Shown here piece after piece: positions 50,171 through 63,729 of a DNA stretch of 64,000 nucleotides. Both the position numbers and the translations under genes were made by a program. The notes under the pieces were generated by a model. That model did no database searches and was not told where the DNA came from. It saw only the letters and a program-made list of their open reading frames with translations. Source of the stretch: the human T2T-CHM13v2.0 reference genome, Homo sapiens; the NCBI RefSeq assembly GCF_009914755.1, contig NC_060925.1, one strand, 5' to 3'. The stretch's first letter is position 1; each line of letters starts with the position of its first letter.

Positions 50171-51004
50171 ATAAAGGTCAATAAAAGATTCCTCCCTTGT
50201 CCCTCTAAAATGATAGCATTTTAGACACTGAAATGAGCCAGTGAGAGAGGTATTTTTGGAGTAAGGGATCTTGCTGGCACCACTTGTTTTAACTTATGTG
50301 GTGGCCACCTGCTTCACCCCTGTGTAAGGTTGGCCGTGGCCAGGGACATGTTGTGGGGGAACACAGAGTAACTGGAATGGGAATGAAACAGCAGCAAGGC
50401 TGATTTGCAGTGTTGAAATTATGGCCACCTGGACAAATAAAGACTGCATCCAATGGCCTTGCTGTTGCCTCCATTTCTGAGAGGTAACCACGCTTCTGTG
50501 GTGCTCATCACTGAAAGGTAGACTGGCAAATTTTCAGCTTCATCAGTGTAGTGAACCACATGAAACGTGGCCAGGGGTCCTGGGAAAAGAGTTTACAGGT
50601 TCAACTTGGTTATATGGGATGGGGCTAGTTCTGGGAAGACTGGCTTAGCCTTAATATTTCCCTGGAAAATAATTTTTTAAATTAAAACAAACAAACAAAC
50701 ATAATTTTTATTAACTTTAAGTGGGCCAATGGGAATTAGTTTCAGGAGGACCAGAAAGTCTTTTCAGGAGCCCTAGTAGGCTGCGACCCTTCATTCTGCC
50801 TGTGTGTCTGCCTTCTTCACTACATGGTAATTTACGCTTCTTAAAAGGCTGAAACTTTCTTATTCACCTTTCTGGCTCTAGCCCTGTGCTTGACATAGGA
50901 CAGCAGGAGTAAGAGTGAAATACCTGGAACTGGTGGAAATAACCTAGTCTAATTTAGCCTAGAGCAGACTGAAAATATGGTTAAAATAACTTAATGATCT
51001 GGCC

Positions 51005-51225
51005 AATGTGGTGGAATTGAGAGTGTGTGCTTTGCCATCAATCAGACCCAGTTTAGAGCCCATCTCTGACGCTTCCTAGTTGTACATCCTTGGTGAAATC
51101 AAAACTCCCAAGACTCAGTTTCCTCAGACATAAGGTGGGGACATTAATTCCATCTCATAGCATTGGAATAATTATCCAAGATTATATATATAAAGGACCT
51201 GGGACCTGGTGGAGGCTCAATAAAT
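51005..51225 (+). mobile_element. MIR SINE
   Basis: ctagttgtacatccttggtgaa...ctcagtttcctca...gggacctggtggaggctcaataaatg. Confidence 0.75.
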
Positions 51226-54200
51226 GGGACAAATGGGACTTGTCATGGAGCAGAGAGTTGTGGGGCAGAGACATCATGAGTTACTGGGAAATTACAAATA
51301 ATGTCCCTTAAGATTGTAGTACAGAGCCTGACACTTCCTCCTCCCTCCTCCATGACCATATGTAGTGGAGTGCTGTTTTATTTAAATCAATCATTATGGT
51401 TTACTACTGAAAATTTGGTTTGTGGCAGGATATATACAGTCTGATGGAAGAGGTAGGCCTGGTGTGGATGAGTGATTATTAAACCCTTGAAGATAACAAA
51501 ATGGCACTTTGAAGGATTTCTTTACATCCAAGGTGTGATCTCCATCATGGGCATCCCCTGTCTGCCAGGACTTCAGATCTCCAAGGGACCTTGGACTAAT
51601 TTCAATTTCATAAATGTCTGAATTGAGAGTGACCTTTTGATGCAAAAGAAACATTAAAGGAGATTATAGGACCAAATCCTCAGAGCAGCTACATTCTAAA
51701 GTCCCTATTCTTTAAAATGGCAAAGCTGCTGGAATTTTGCCAGGAGAACCCCACTGAAGCAAGGGGCATGAATAAATAATAATTATGGGCATCTCTTCTT
51801 CCTTTGTTTGAGCTCTTAGGGGCAAAGACAGCATCATTGATTATAATAGATTCTACATTTCTTTTTACTTTAAAAATAATTTTGTTCTTCCCTATTTCTT
51901 TTCAACTACTTTCCTTTCGTGTATTGTCTATCCTTTATCTTTTCGAGGCTCTACTGTTTTAAATTTCCCCATTTCCATCTATGTTGTTCATTTTTTCATG
52001 TTGAAGCATTTCCCCCTTGGTCCTGAGTTAATTTTCATTCTGTTTAACATTTGCTAGTTCCTTAGTTACTGTTCTCCTTCACATTTGTTTTGCCACAAAT
52101 TGTTCCTTGTGTTTAATGCATTTCTGATGCCACCTATGCTTTCTATCTCTTATCTAACTCTTCCTTTTTTTTCCCGTCTTAATGTTTTTGTATTGAAGTA
52201 AAGTTGTAGTTTGAATTGAAGAGATCTTAAGGATGCAACTCTTATTATTTCTTGACCCTTGGCATGTGGACTGTCTCCTGTTTAGCTGAAGATGTCAATC
52301 CTGTACCCATAAAAGTTGTGTGTGTTTGAATATTAAGGGTATAACAAACCTCGGGAGCAAGGATACCCTATAAATGTCAGAATGTGAAGCGATTTCAGGG
52401 TGGTCTGAAATGCCTGTGTGTGGCTCCCCGATGACGAGTTTCCCTCCTGTTTGTGAATATTTCTTAGAAAAATAGGGGATTTGCCTCCAACTCCTGGTAT
52501 TCTCTTCAATATTTTTAAATGAAAGACTTTGTGTACTTTCCTCAGAATCTTGGTAAAATTGTCGTTGCTTTTCTTCACTTTTGATAGTTCAAAAAACAAT
52601 TTGGTCTACCAACATTGAAGTAGATTTTGTCTTCAGACAGCTTCTAAGCATGAAGAATGCCCTGGGAGAAGCTGGTGTTTACTGCCTTGCTCCCAATTAA
52701 CCTTGAGGTTTTGTGACACCCCTCATGCCTGCCAAACAGATTATGGCTTAGTGGTGGGATGAAACCCTGTCAATGCCAATGTGTTCCATAACAAAGTTGT
52801 GTTGGCTCGGTGGGAGAACCCCCTCTAGCCGATGACATGTTTTAGCAGAGCATGTGTTGCTGAGTGCATGGGCTCACACTTGCATGAATGCACACATGCA
52901 CACACCTGTGGGCATATAAGCGTGAAGCTTATCTGCACTGTTCTTTGCACTCCCCACAATTATCACAAAATGCTGCCCACTTTGGTGTGATTCAGGCATA
53001 TGTTGAGGCTTTTGTGAGTGAATGAGAGGACCTTTCTTTTCTTGGCAAAGCATTTAAAAATTCCTACTCAGACATACTGAGACATCCATCTAGAACTAGG
53101 CAAGAAGAATATACACTACAGCAGAAGGCATTCAAATGCCTAGAATTCCAGAACTGGAAAGAGGCTTAAAGGTCAGTCCCTGTCTGATGTTGGAGTCCCG
53201 TCCCCTCTGCAAGCTCCCCATGTAACCCTTCTCATGCTTTGCATACCTCCGATGTCTGGGAACTTACTGAATTGCAGTTCTAACAGAATCTCCATCCGTC
53301 AATCATGGTCTCTAAACTTTTCCTTGGTAGCAGGTTGTTTTTTATTCTGAGGTTAACTCAGCAAAGTAAAGACTGGAGCTTAAAGTTCTCTAAGCACCCT
53401 TTGTTGTTGCTGCTCCTCTTTTGTATTCCTCTAGACCTTGATTGTGTGGTCACTTCAGTGTGTTGGTGAAAAAAAATTCCCTTTTACAGGAGTAGGGCAG
53501 CCACAAGGTCTTCTTGCATGGGGGCCTTGGCTGTGTGAGGCCAATGCCCTCCCTTCCTAGTTCTCTACTTCTCTGTGGAGAATTACAGAACACTTTCTCT
53601 CAGGTCTTAACTCCAACTTCACTTTCATAATATACTCAGCTAATGGCCATTCTAATGGCATCTTCCAATGGGGTTTATAGAGGTGACATTTTTATATATG
53701 TGCTCTCATGTATTCTGAATAATACAAATATCTTCTTAATATATAATTGTTACACAAAACTCATAAAGGAAATCTCTACAGCACTCTTGAAACAGAGGTA
53801 GAGTGTTTACCTTGTGTAGTAGTTAAAAGGATGGCAGAGAGGAGACAATAGCAAATTGGAGGTTTCCCTCAATTCCTTCTTCCACACTTACCATGTCCCA
53901 AGACTGTCTATTGAGACAGCAACTGGAAAAGGTCATTCTTGTAGTGAGCTAAAATGTGTCTTCTTGAATTTCCCAACATATTTTTTGACTTATACAGAGC
54001 AACTTTTATCCCTCTTCCACAGCCCTCCAAATAACTGAAGACAATGCCTGTGTTCCCTGTTTCCTTTCTTCCTCAGGCAAACGACCTCAGTTCTTCCCAT
54101 CCCTCCTCTTAATGATATAATTTGGAGTCCTTTTGTGTATATCTGGTTTCCGTTTCCTACATGTACTCTTATGAGACCATATCTCTCCTTAAAAAGTGTG

Positions 54201-54269
54201 ACATCTGCAACTTGGTTCAACACTTTGTTTTCTATTGCAGCACATCTATTCTGGATACTGGGCTAAGAT

Positions 54270-54300
<31 letters not shown>

Positions 54301-54311
54301 CACACACTCAC
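54270..54311. repeat. (CA)n microsatellite
   Basis: acacac... about 14 units plus an interrupted tail. Confidence 0.92.
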
Positions 54312-54399
54312 ATTAAATATACTCAATATAACACATTTTCCTAGTCTACCCTCACAAAATTGGTTGGGGACATTCAAACCCAGGCGTCTATATTTCATC

Positions 54400-54720
54400 C
54401 TGTGAAATTTCACTATCCTAGATGCAGTTCATCATTTCAACCTAAGAAGTTCCTTTTGAACCCTAATTTAATAATTCGAGGAACTAACTATATATGTATA
54501 CCACAAACTGGATAGGCATGCTCTACAGATCTTCATCCAAATCATTGAAGATGATATAGAACAGGCCAAGGATGTTGAAAGGTGAAGGACCAGTCTTGTG
54601 GCCCTGGAAACCTACCTTAAGACTGGCATCAGCACACTGATTGTTCAGTGCCCTTTGAATATGGTGATTTAGCTTGTTAGCTTCTTAACTAATTCTTCTT
54701 GCATCCAGTTCGTATCACTT
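54400..54720 (-). mobile_element. Possible CR1/L3 fragment
   Basis: cttcatccaaatcattga..atg...aacaggccaagga resembles reverse CR1 RT. Confidence 0.4.
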
Positions 54721-54779
54721 CATCTTTCCACCAAGGATATTACCTAAGCCAAAATGAATGAACTGCTCAAATATTAAGT

Positions 54780-54900
54780 ATCTACCAGATTGTGAAGTTC
54801 TTGAGGATAAGGAATATGTGTTCGTTATCTTTGTGTCCATAGAAACCAGCACATGGTCTGACACCCAGTAGATGCTTAATAAATTATTATTCAGTAAATA
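54780..54900 (+). mobile_element. L2 3' end
   Basis: agattgtgaagttcttgagg..aggaatatgtg...agcacatggtctgacacccagtagatgcttaataaat. Confidence 0.75.
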
Positions 54901-55063
54901 TGATGAGAAAGGACACGGGCTAGAGTATATGAAGAATTTCAATGTATATAAGACACAATGTCTGTTCTGAAGAATATTAGAAAGATAAATCTTATATATG
55001 AATATTGAATTATCTAAACTATTATTTAACTATCCAAAAGTAGGACAGGCAATATAATCAATG

Positions 55064-55088
55064 GAGAGAGAGAGAGAGAGAGAGAGAC
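55064..55088. repeat. (GA)n microsatellite
   Basis: About 12 GA units. Confidence 0.9.
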
Positions 55089-55164
55089 TGATCACTTGGG
55101 GTTTATTGGAATGCCAGGCAGGCTTTTTAGAGGAAGGGAACTTGAGAAAATTAAATCTGACCAA

Positions 55165-55447
55165 GTTTAATGGGTACAAAAACATAGAAAAAATAAGATC
55201 CAGTATTTGACAGCACAGCAGAGGGACTACAATCAACAGTAATTTATGGTATATTTAAAAATAACTAAAAGAGTGGAATTGAAAAATTCCTAATACAAAG
55301 AAATTATAAATGCTTGAGGTGATGGATTCCCCCAGTTATACTGATGTGATTATTACACATTGTATTCCTGAAACGAAATGTCACATATATCCCCTACATA
55401 TATATACCTGCTATGTACCCATAAAAATTAAAAATAAAACACTAAAA
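55165..55447 (+). mobile_element. L1MA 3' end
   Basis: ttaatgggtacaaaaa...aaataactaaaagagtggaattg...aaatgcttgaggtgatgga...tatgtacccataaaaattaaaaa; TSD aaatctgaccaa/aaatcttgaccaa. Confidence 0.88.
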
Positions 55448-57299
55448 AAATCTTGACCAACTTGAAATTCCCTTCCAGCTCTAAACATTCCATAATTCTA
55501 GACCACAACACATGTCTAGGAATAAAATAAAGAAAGAACTCCATCTAGATGGAAAGATAATGGGAAAAAAATATAGAGGCAAGTACAAGTTGTCAGGGCA
55601 ACTGATGTTAAGTGATTAAACAGTACTTGATAATTTGCACGTACTTGAAAGACCAGAGAATAGATTTCTTTCTTGGTACCAAGAGCAGGGAAAGATTCCC
55701 TCAGAATTCACTTTTTGAACATATTTTAGGCTCTGACTTTTTTCTTCTCATGGTCACAACAGGAGTGGGGTACATAAATTCTTTTAACATCTATTATGGG
55801 TGTTAGAATTTCTAACATGGATGTAGATCATTTTCACCTCCCTCATTTTAAAGGTGGGATAACTAAGAGTTAGAGAAGTTCAGTAGATGTTCCAGGTCAC
55901 CCAGTACCTGCAGAGCCTGAAGTAGACAGACTCATGGCTTTGAAGCTCTTATTTTTTAATCAACTGGAAGATGAGCTGCTTCAAAGCATTTCTCAGACAG
56001 TTGTGGTATTAGTGTCTGGGTTTGCAGTGGTGCATTACAAAATAAGTACTTTTCCTGTTTATTATTATTATCAGCTCATTTAGGTAGAGGCAATGTCTTT
56101 TTTTTTCTTTTAAATTTTCTGTAGTCCTGAAACAATTTAGAGACTCAGAAAATGTGTGAAGAATGGGATGGGAGCTAAGAAGTGAGTCTACGGTAGAACA
56201 CAAACAAACACACAAACACATTATCTAGTCTTTGGCCCTTGAAACCTGGGAAGAGATTCAAATAAAAAATGAAAGAAGCATAGGTTACTTTTCTACTTCA
56301 TTCAATTAAGCAATGTTTTCCAGAGACAGTCAGTCAGATGACCTTCCTTTTCCAATACAACTTGGGCATCCCGGAAGCTGGTAACCAGAATGTACTGAAA
56401 TGGTTGCCAAGATAACCTGGAACCAGAGCATCAGCTCTGAAGCTGGCTCTGCTAGAAGGACTGGGCTAACTCACAGTTTTAGAAAATGATTTCCACTAGG
56501 TTAGGATGTGTCTGAGTCCCATTGTTCCCTCTGTCAGATCAGGGATACCCTTTGCTCCTCTGTTGTCTTTAAGCCACCTTCCTTTGTTTCAGCTCACATA
56601 AATTCTGAGGCTCACACAAGAGCAGCTACACTGAGAAAAGTGGTAGAATTCATCCCTCCAAACCCCAAATATCTTAGTCATAAAAGACACTCATATTTAT
56701 ATACTAGAAATTTCTTACTGGCTAATGTTTTGACACTAGACTCTTGTTTTAGGGTGACAGTAAAATAGATGATTGACATTAAACTTTTTTTTTTTAATAA
56801 AGGGAATCTAAAATCTGTTTCGTCCACTTTTCCTGCTGTAGACATACACGGCTTCATTCCTGGTTCTTTATTACCACCCACAGGCTAAAACTCAGACTGT
56901 AAAGCTTGGCTCTATAATTAAAGGAGAACCTCACTTCAATCACAGATTCAGCAGAGGCTCAATTGGGCAGGCCCACCAGCTGCGGATTTGCTAACCCAGA
57001 GAGCGACTTCGATTGTGGTGCACAGAATTTCTCCCAGTCATTCCCATCTTATTAATGCTTTGGTGTAGCATAAAGCTTCATTCATTATTCATAATAATCC
57101 AGTCAGAGGGCACTTGGAGACCTGATAAATTCTCACCTAAGTGACAACGGCTGACAGGGCCTAGGGTTTTATAGCCCTTCTCCTGCCATAGCAAGGAGCT
57201 GTGAGCAAAGGTCCAGAATGATCCTCCACTAATGACCAGTGTGATATACGAGCAGCTGCTGATTTCCTGACACCAAGGCTCCTCAGCTGAGGCTCCCAC

Positions 57300-57421
57300 C
57301 TGCAAGCTGTGAGCTGGAGATGAATATCTGTCAGACTATAAAATGCAGGAGCAGACCACAACGTGGTATATTCTTGGGCACGAAGAGGTTAACTCCGAGA
57401 GCAGGAACATAAGCATTAAGC
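57300..57421 (-). other. Candidate minus-strand exon (alternative donor would extend it to 57137)
   Basis: Very strong acceptor tttttcttcttttcttctcag|GCTTA; donors CAG|gtggga (57299) or TAG|gtgaga (57136). Confidence 0.3.
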
Positions 57422-58029
57422 CTGAGAAGAAAAGAAGAAAAACCACCAGCTCAAATCCCACAACAGAATAGGTGTAAATTTGGGATTGTGTCAATGGGCT
57501 CAACTGATGGAGGGCTTCAATTCTGCAAACTCTACTTTGTGACACCCAGGGGGCTGAATAATCATGATTTTTTTTAAAGGATCTGGTAAATTGGTTTCTA
57601 AAAATCAATAATCACAATAATCAGATTTTGAAGGACATTAATTGTAATCTTCACAAAGGTTAAAAACTTTGGAATATGTTGTTAGTTTTTGGAGCCATCT
57701 TTGCTATCATAGGATGTGAGGGAAAAGCTATTTTTTTGTTGTTGTTCAAACCAGTCCTACTTTTTGAAAAGTGCAGGCAACTTCCTCTCAATGCTGCAAA
57801 CTCCAATGAGGTGTAGATGCAGTTATTAGCATTTTCCCTTGGCTTTTTAAGTGTGCTGAACACTGTGAAGATGTTCTTAATTTATAGCTTTTTCTTTTAA
57901 TTTTCACATGTGTGCTTGTTTGGCTCTATCTCTCAATTTTAAAACTTCTGTAGATTTTTCTTGACTTAGAAAAGTGATGGAAGAAAGTAAATAATGGAAA
58001 GTAGTTGTCCCAGTAGGCATCTATTCAAT

Positions 58030-58126
58030 TCTGGCTGACATCCATGCATACATACATACGTATGCATGTATGTCAGCCAGACATCCATGCATACATACAT
58101 ATGTATGCATGTATGTCAGCCAGACA
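58030..58126. repeat. Palindromic 43-bp unit duplicated in tandem
   Basis: 22-bp arms 58030-58051 and 58060-58081 (one mismatch); unit repeats at 58037 and 58080. Confidence 0.9.
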
Positions 58127-58129
58127 GCC

Positions 58130-58130
<1 letters not shown>

Positions 58131-58189
<59 letters not shown>

Positions 58190-58216
58190 GTATGTGTGTG
58201 TATGTGTGTGTGTGTC
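58131..58216. repeat. (TCTA)14 tetranucleotide STR followed by (TG)n
   Basis: 14 perfect TCTA then TCTG (58131-58190), then an interrupted TG run. Confidence 0.95.
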
Positions 58217-58895
58217 TGTATATATTAATCTCATTAATCAGATTTCTGTTAGAAGGGAGTTTCTCCAAATATTCTTGGCTTCTTGATCTACCTTCCCATT
58301 CACTTACCCCTGGAGAAGAAATAGTAAATTTACTGGTATAATACTTGGGAGGAGGAAGGTATACATTACTCAGTCCTGCCTTCTTCTCTCCTTCCAGGAT
58401 CCTGTCCTTCTCAGAAAGCTGCTATCTGGTCTGGTCTCCATGCAGAAAGTTTTGCAGGCCATGCACCCGAGGGAGGCCCAAAACTGGGCAGGTTAATTCT
58501 ATATTAGGAAGCCCATGATTGCTACAAACTGTGCTATGCATTCTGACTTCATCTCTATGTATTATAAAGCTTGTATTTTTATTTCTTTGGTTATTACTTT
58601 TTGTCTACCATTGAGCTGATTAGAATTCAAGAGGGGGCAAATAGTAGTAGTATTTTTTGTTTCTCCTTAAAACCCAACTGCATCTTTTTAAATTATGACA
58701 ATTTAAGAGAATTGGTGAGGTGCCGGGCAGAATATATGGGACATAATTTTGCCCATGTAGTTGATAATCTAGGGTTGCCACCATAGAAGTGTGTTCCTGA
58801 CAGCTGGTAGACACATACTCCTAGATTTAAATGATACTGAAATTATGGTAAACAGACCTCCCAAGGAGAGCAACTGAACTTCTAAGTAAAGTCCT

Positions 58896-59071
58896 CACAC
58901 CGGGGCTTGTCGAGGGGGTGGGAGGCTAGGAGAGGGATAGCATTAGGAGAAATACTTAATGTAGATGACAGGTTAATGGGTGCAGCAAACCACCATGGCA
59001 CATGCATACCTATGTAACAAGACTGCATGTTCTGCACATATATACCAGAATTTATAATAAAAATTAAAAAA
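58896..59071 (+). mobile_element. Short L1PA (approx. L1PA7-8) 3' end
   Basis: gagggatagcattaggagaaatac.taatgtagatgac.ggttaatgggtgcagcaaaccaccatggcac...A-rich tail. Confidence 0.9.
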
Positions 59072-59464
59072 TAGAAACTTTAAAACTGAATCTATCTATA
59101 GTCCTCTGTATAGCATTCTAAATGCCATTGTTTTTCTACTTGTCTATAATCTTCATGTGTCAGACATGGTTTATGTTCTATTCTTGAAACTACTTGAGTA
59201 GCAAAGGCTTATTTTCTGGTTATTTACATACGTATTTTATTTGGAAATAAGAACCAATGTGAAAAACACTCCAGGGCCACAACAATAACAAAATGAGTGA
59301 AAGCTCTTTGAATGCTGGTGCTAAGCAACAGATTTCTTTTTTTCCTATGGTTAGCATACTGCTTGGCACATAGGAAACCTCTTAGAAATGAAAATTGGTT
59401 TTGTGTTCAGAGGTCAATATATGAGAGGAGCTATAGTCTACCTCCTCTTTTTCTCTTTGCTTCA

Positions 59465-59992
59465 TGGTATTTTCAGAAAAAAAATGGCCACTATCAATTT
59501 ATTTCCTTTTGTTAATTTCAATGAATGAATAAGTAGAATCTACTTCCTCTCACCTTGAATCCAGTATAGCTTTGTGGCTTGTTTTGACCACAGAATGTGG
59601 CAAAAGTAAAGCTGTGCCATTTCTGGGACTAGCCTTAAAGTAGACTGGCAGTTTTCCCCTCCTTACTTTTAGAAGCCATTCATGTACATACTGCAAAGCC
59701 TCTCTCTGAGACCACTGTACTATGAGGGAGTGCATGCAAGTCCCGTGGAGAGGCCACATGAGGAAGCACTGAGGCATCATCCATGGGAAGGAAGAATTCT
59801 TGGACTTTCCAACCCAGTCCATTGACCAGTGGAATGCATCTCAGTGACTCCAGCTAACACTAAGTGGAGCAGAAGAACTTACTAAATGAACTTGCTCAAC
59901 CCACAGAATTATGGGTTGTTATTTTAAAAATAATTATTATTTTAATTTGCTAAATTATGGGGTAGTTTTTAAAAGAAAAGAGACAACTGAAG
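59465..59992 (+). mobile_element. MLT1 LTR (MLT1G/H-like)
   Basis: ccttgaatcc...gtggcttgttttgaccacagaatgtggc...gtggagaggccacatg...gtggagcagaagaac...caacccacagaattatg. Confidence 0.8.
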
Positions 59993-60226
59993 CGATGCCT
60001 AACTTATGCCTGCTCTGTTTTTAAAACCTAACTCCGATTATTTTTCCTATATAAAACATTCCCTTGCTGAGTCCAGGAGGAGGAAAATCTTGCTCTCTTG
60101 AAATGCACTTGAAATGTATCACACTTACTGTTAGCATGCCTTGTCTGACATTATGTTCTACAAAGGTTAGTTGCCTTTCTAATGTGTTTAAGTTTTAAAC
60201 CACTAACTAGGTTATATACTTGTTAA

Positions 60227-60572
<346 letters not shown>

Positions 60573-62832
60573 TCTTTCTGTACTTTTTAAAGCCTAATTA
60601 GAAGTTTGAATATTGTAGATATTCATTAAATATTACTATTGATCATTGATTACTGGAAGTCTTTAATAATTTTTTTCATTGAAAAAGGATCTCATCGGTT
60701 ACTGATGAGAAACTGAGAGCAAGCATTTCAACCACCTTATTTAGTCCTCTAGTACCCCAAGCTTCCAAGATGTTAACATATTGAACTAATAATACTTTTA
60801 AGTATACTCAAATCTTAGTCTCAATACCCACTTGTCCTTAGCAGTGTTCAAAGATCTGGTCTGAGAGTTTTGTTTCTGCTTGTCATTTATTACACCAAAA
60901 AAAAAAAAAAAAAAACCCACAAAATTATGTACTGTAGAGAGAGAAGGGGCTATTTAAAGTATATGGGCATATTCTTGACAAGGATATATTACTGCTTTTT
61001 TTAAAAAAAAAAAAACAACAACAAATGAGACACTGCAATGGAGAAATAAATGATTTATTCAAATAGCTTCTCCATAGGTTAATGTTGTATATGGAATTCT
61101 GGAGGCTTCTGGTCCTTTGGAGGAAAAAGGAAACCACACAGCACGTTGTTGGTGCACATGTGTTTTTATTTGCTTAAGAATTCCATAGACTCCCTGTTTC
61201 CGCAGGACCTGAATAGATGCACTTAACAGGGATAATTCTCTTTCTCATTCTGTCCCCTTCATTTACGAGACTGATTAATTTATTTTAATAAGAAAAACTG
61301 CATTCTTTTTCTTTCAGGGACCCTGAGCCCTTGTCGCTGGGAATCCTTATTTTGAGCTATTTCCCTGAGATTTGCTGGCTTGGCAGCAGTCTCTTTGGTC
61401 TTTTTCTGGGCAGGAGGAAACAACATTTTGTTTGGAGAAATTCTATTATTTTACAAGGTTTAAGTAGAAGAAAAATGTTCCTATTCTGAAAGTAATAGCT
61501 AAAAATGTCCTAGTAATAATTTTTACCAGGGATGTTTTTGAGAGAAGGTGGTGCTTTTCATATGTTGGAGTTAGCCCTGTACCTAACAGTCACTATCATT
61601 TGGAGAGAGAAGCTTTTGAGTTGAAGCTAAAATTCTGCAGCAGTGTCATTTTATTCCCTAAAATCTCAAAGCATAATAGCAATATAGGAGGATTCCAACT
61701 GGACAAACAAATTCTCAATGGTGTATGAGTTGCTTTCTTGACATGTGTCCCCAAAGGAAGGCTGTTTTGGTACATGCCTACCTTTGATAAATGGCTGAAA
61801 AGTGCCCTGAGCACAGTGTGGGCTGCATGGCCCTGCCTCATCACAAAGCATCTTTGGTTTGCTGTGTTTCCTCTCCTTGTCTTGTTTATTACGATCCAAC
61901 ATTCCAAGCTCATCACTGATGGCAGAAGATATTCTTTTGTGGGCATTGAGTAGACACAGACTTTCATTTCAAATACCATAACACAAAAAGATAAAAATAA
62001 TAGAAATATTTCTTTGTGAAAGTCCCTGGGCCTGCCTGCAGGTGCAGAAGGTGCTGGTTTCATTTTACTTTATCAAATCAACTGCAATATCTGAACATAA
62101 ATCCCAGCTTCAGTTCCTTTCATGGCAGACCATAAGTACAGTTGTTCACACTTTGTGTTTGGGGATGGGGGTCACTTTTTCAGCAAATTCTCATTTCCCC
62201 AGTCCTTGCCTTGGGCTAATAGTTAGTTACAAAGCTCAATCTCAATGTCAAACCTAATAAAAAGAAAGAGAAATCATAAAAGAGAAAGATGGCTGCAGTT
62301 ACCACCCTGGGTCCCTCTCATTCAGGCTTCACAGATCTATCACCCAGTGAGAGAGGCAGGCTACTGCCTCCCCATCCCTGGCTACCATTGCCTCCCCAGT
62401 ATCACCTGGGTACTATTAGTCAAAGAACACTTCTGGAAGAGCAATATAGCAATATAGAAAGACCTGGCTGCTGAGTAGCAAAAGAAATTGAACCATGCTT
62501 CCACATTCCTCAGTCTATTCACAGCAGCATTTATGTCAATCATGAGTGTTAAAAGATGTGAACTTTTAATTTATAAAGCAGATGGTCTTTTTCTTCTTTG
62601 CTGTGTGGACTGGGATACCTGGATTTAAAAGATGTTCAATGCAATAGGATTGGGAGAAGGATTATGAGAGCCTGTTAACATTTTAGGCAGACATTTAACT
62701 TTCGAACCCAAACTCTACCATAGTGATGAGGCTGTTACTCAGGGAAAGAATCCCATGGAGATCATCTCTGAAACTTCAAGAAAATTAGCTATAGTGGTCT
62801 CTGACAAGAAGACAACGGGGGCATAAAAGATC

Positions 62833-63430
62833 CTCCCACTCTTCCTCCCTCCCTCCCTTGCTTCCTACCTTCCTTCCCTCCCTCCCTCCCTCCCTCCTTT
62901 CCTTCCTACCTTCCTTCTTTCCCTCCCTTCCTTCCTTCCCTCCCTCCCTCCTTCCCTCCCTCCTTCCCTCCCTCCTTTCCTTCCTACCTTCCTTCTTTCC
63001 TTCCCTTCCTTCCTTCCCTCCCTCTCTCCTTCCCTCCCTCCTTTCCTTCCTTCCTTCTTTCCTTCCTACCTTCCTTCTTTCCCTCCCTCCCTCCCTTCCT
63101 ATCTACCTTCCCTCTCTCCTTCCCTCCCTCCCTTCCTTCCTACCTTCCTTCTTTTCCTCCCTCCTGCCCTACCTTCCCTCCCTCCTTCCCTCCGTTCTTT
63201 CCTTCCTACCTTCCTTCTTTCCCTCCCTACCTTCCTAGCTTCCTTCTTTCCCTCCCTCCCTCCCTTCCTTCATTCCCTCCCTTCCTTCCTTCATTCCCTC
63301 CCTCCCTCCCTTCCTTCCCTCCCTCCCCCTCCCTCCCTCCCCTCCTCCTTCTCTCCCTCCTTCCTTTCCTCCTTCCATCCTTCCCTCCCTCCCTTCCTTC
63401 CTCCCTTTCCTTCTTTCCTTCCCTTCTTCC
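62833..63430. repeat. Approx. 600-bp (CCTT/CCCT)n polypyrimidine tract
   Basis: Nearly pure C/T, with recurring cctccctcctttccttcctaccttccttctttcc blocks. Confidence 0.95.
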
Positions 63431-63640
63431 AACACATATTTTCTGAATATCTTTTATTTACCAGGTACATAGTAGGTATTTGTTCTATAATAGTGAGCAA
63501 AGTAGACAGTCCTTGCCCTCATGGGGCTTCCATTTCAGTTGGGGACACACATTTAGGAATACACAAATAAATATAAAACCATTGTCATGGTTAGTGATAA
63601 GGAGAACATGGTTCTATACAAGTACTTAATAAACCTGGAC
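63431..63640 (-). mobile_element. L2 3' end
   Basis: aacacatattttctgaatatct...ccaggta...agtgagcaaagtagacagtccttgccctcatggggctt. Confidence 0.75.
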
Positions 63641-63729
63641 TTGCTCTCTGGCTCACATTTGTTCCCTAATCCAATCTATTTTGAAACTTTTTTTAGCTTA
63701 TTTCTGGAGATCATGCCTTTCTAAGATGT

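Noticed and set aside
61596-62063. 155-aa ATG-led minus-strand ORF
   Set aside because: No recognisable domain or supporting gene structure; compatible with chance in six frames of 64 kb, though not tested by search
62858-63500. PSLP-rich and GREG-rich ORFs
   Set aside because: Stop-free by composition of the CCTT/CCCT tract
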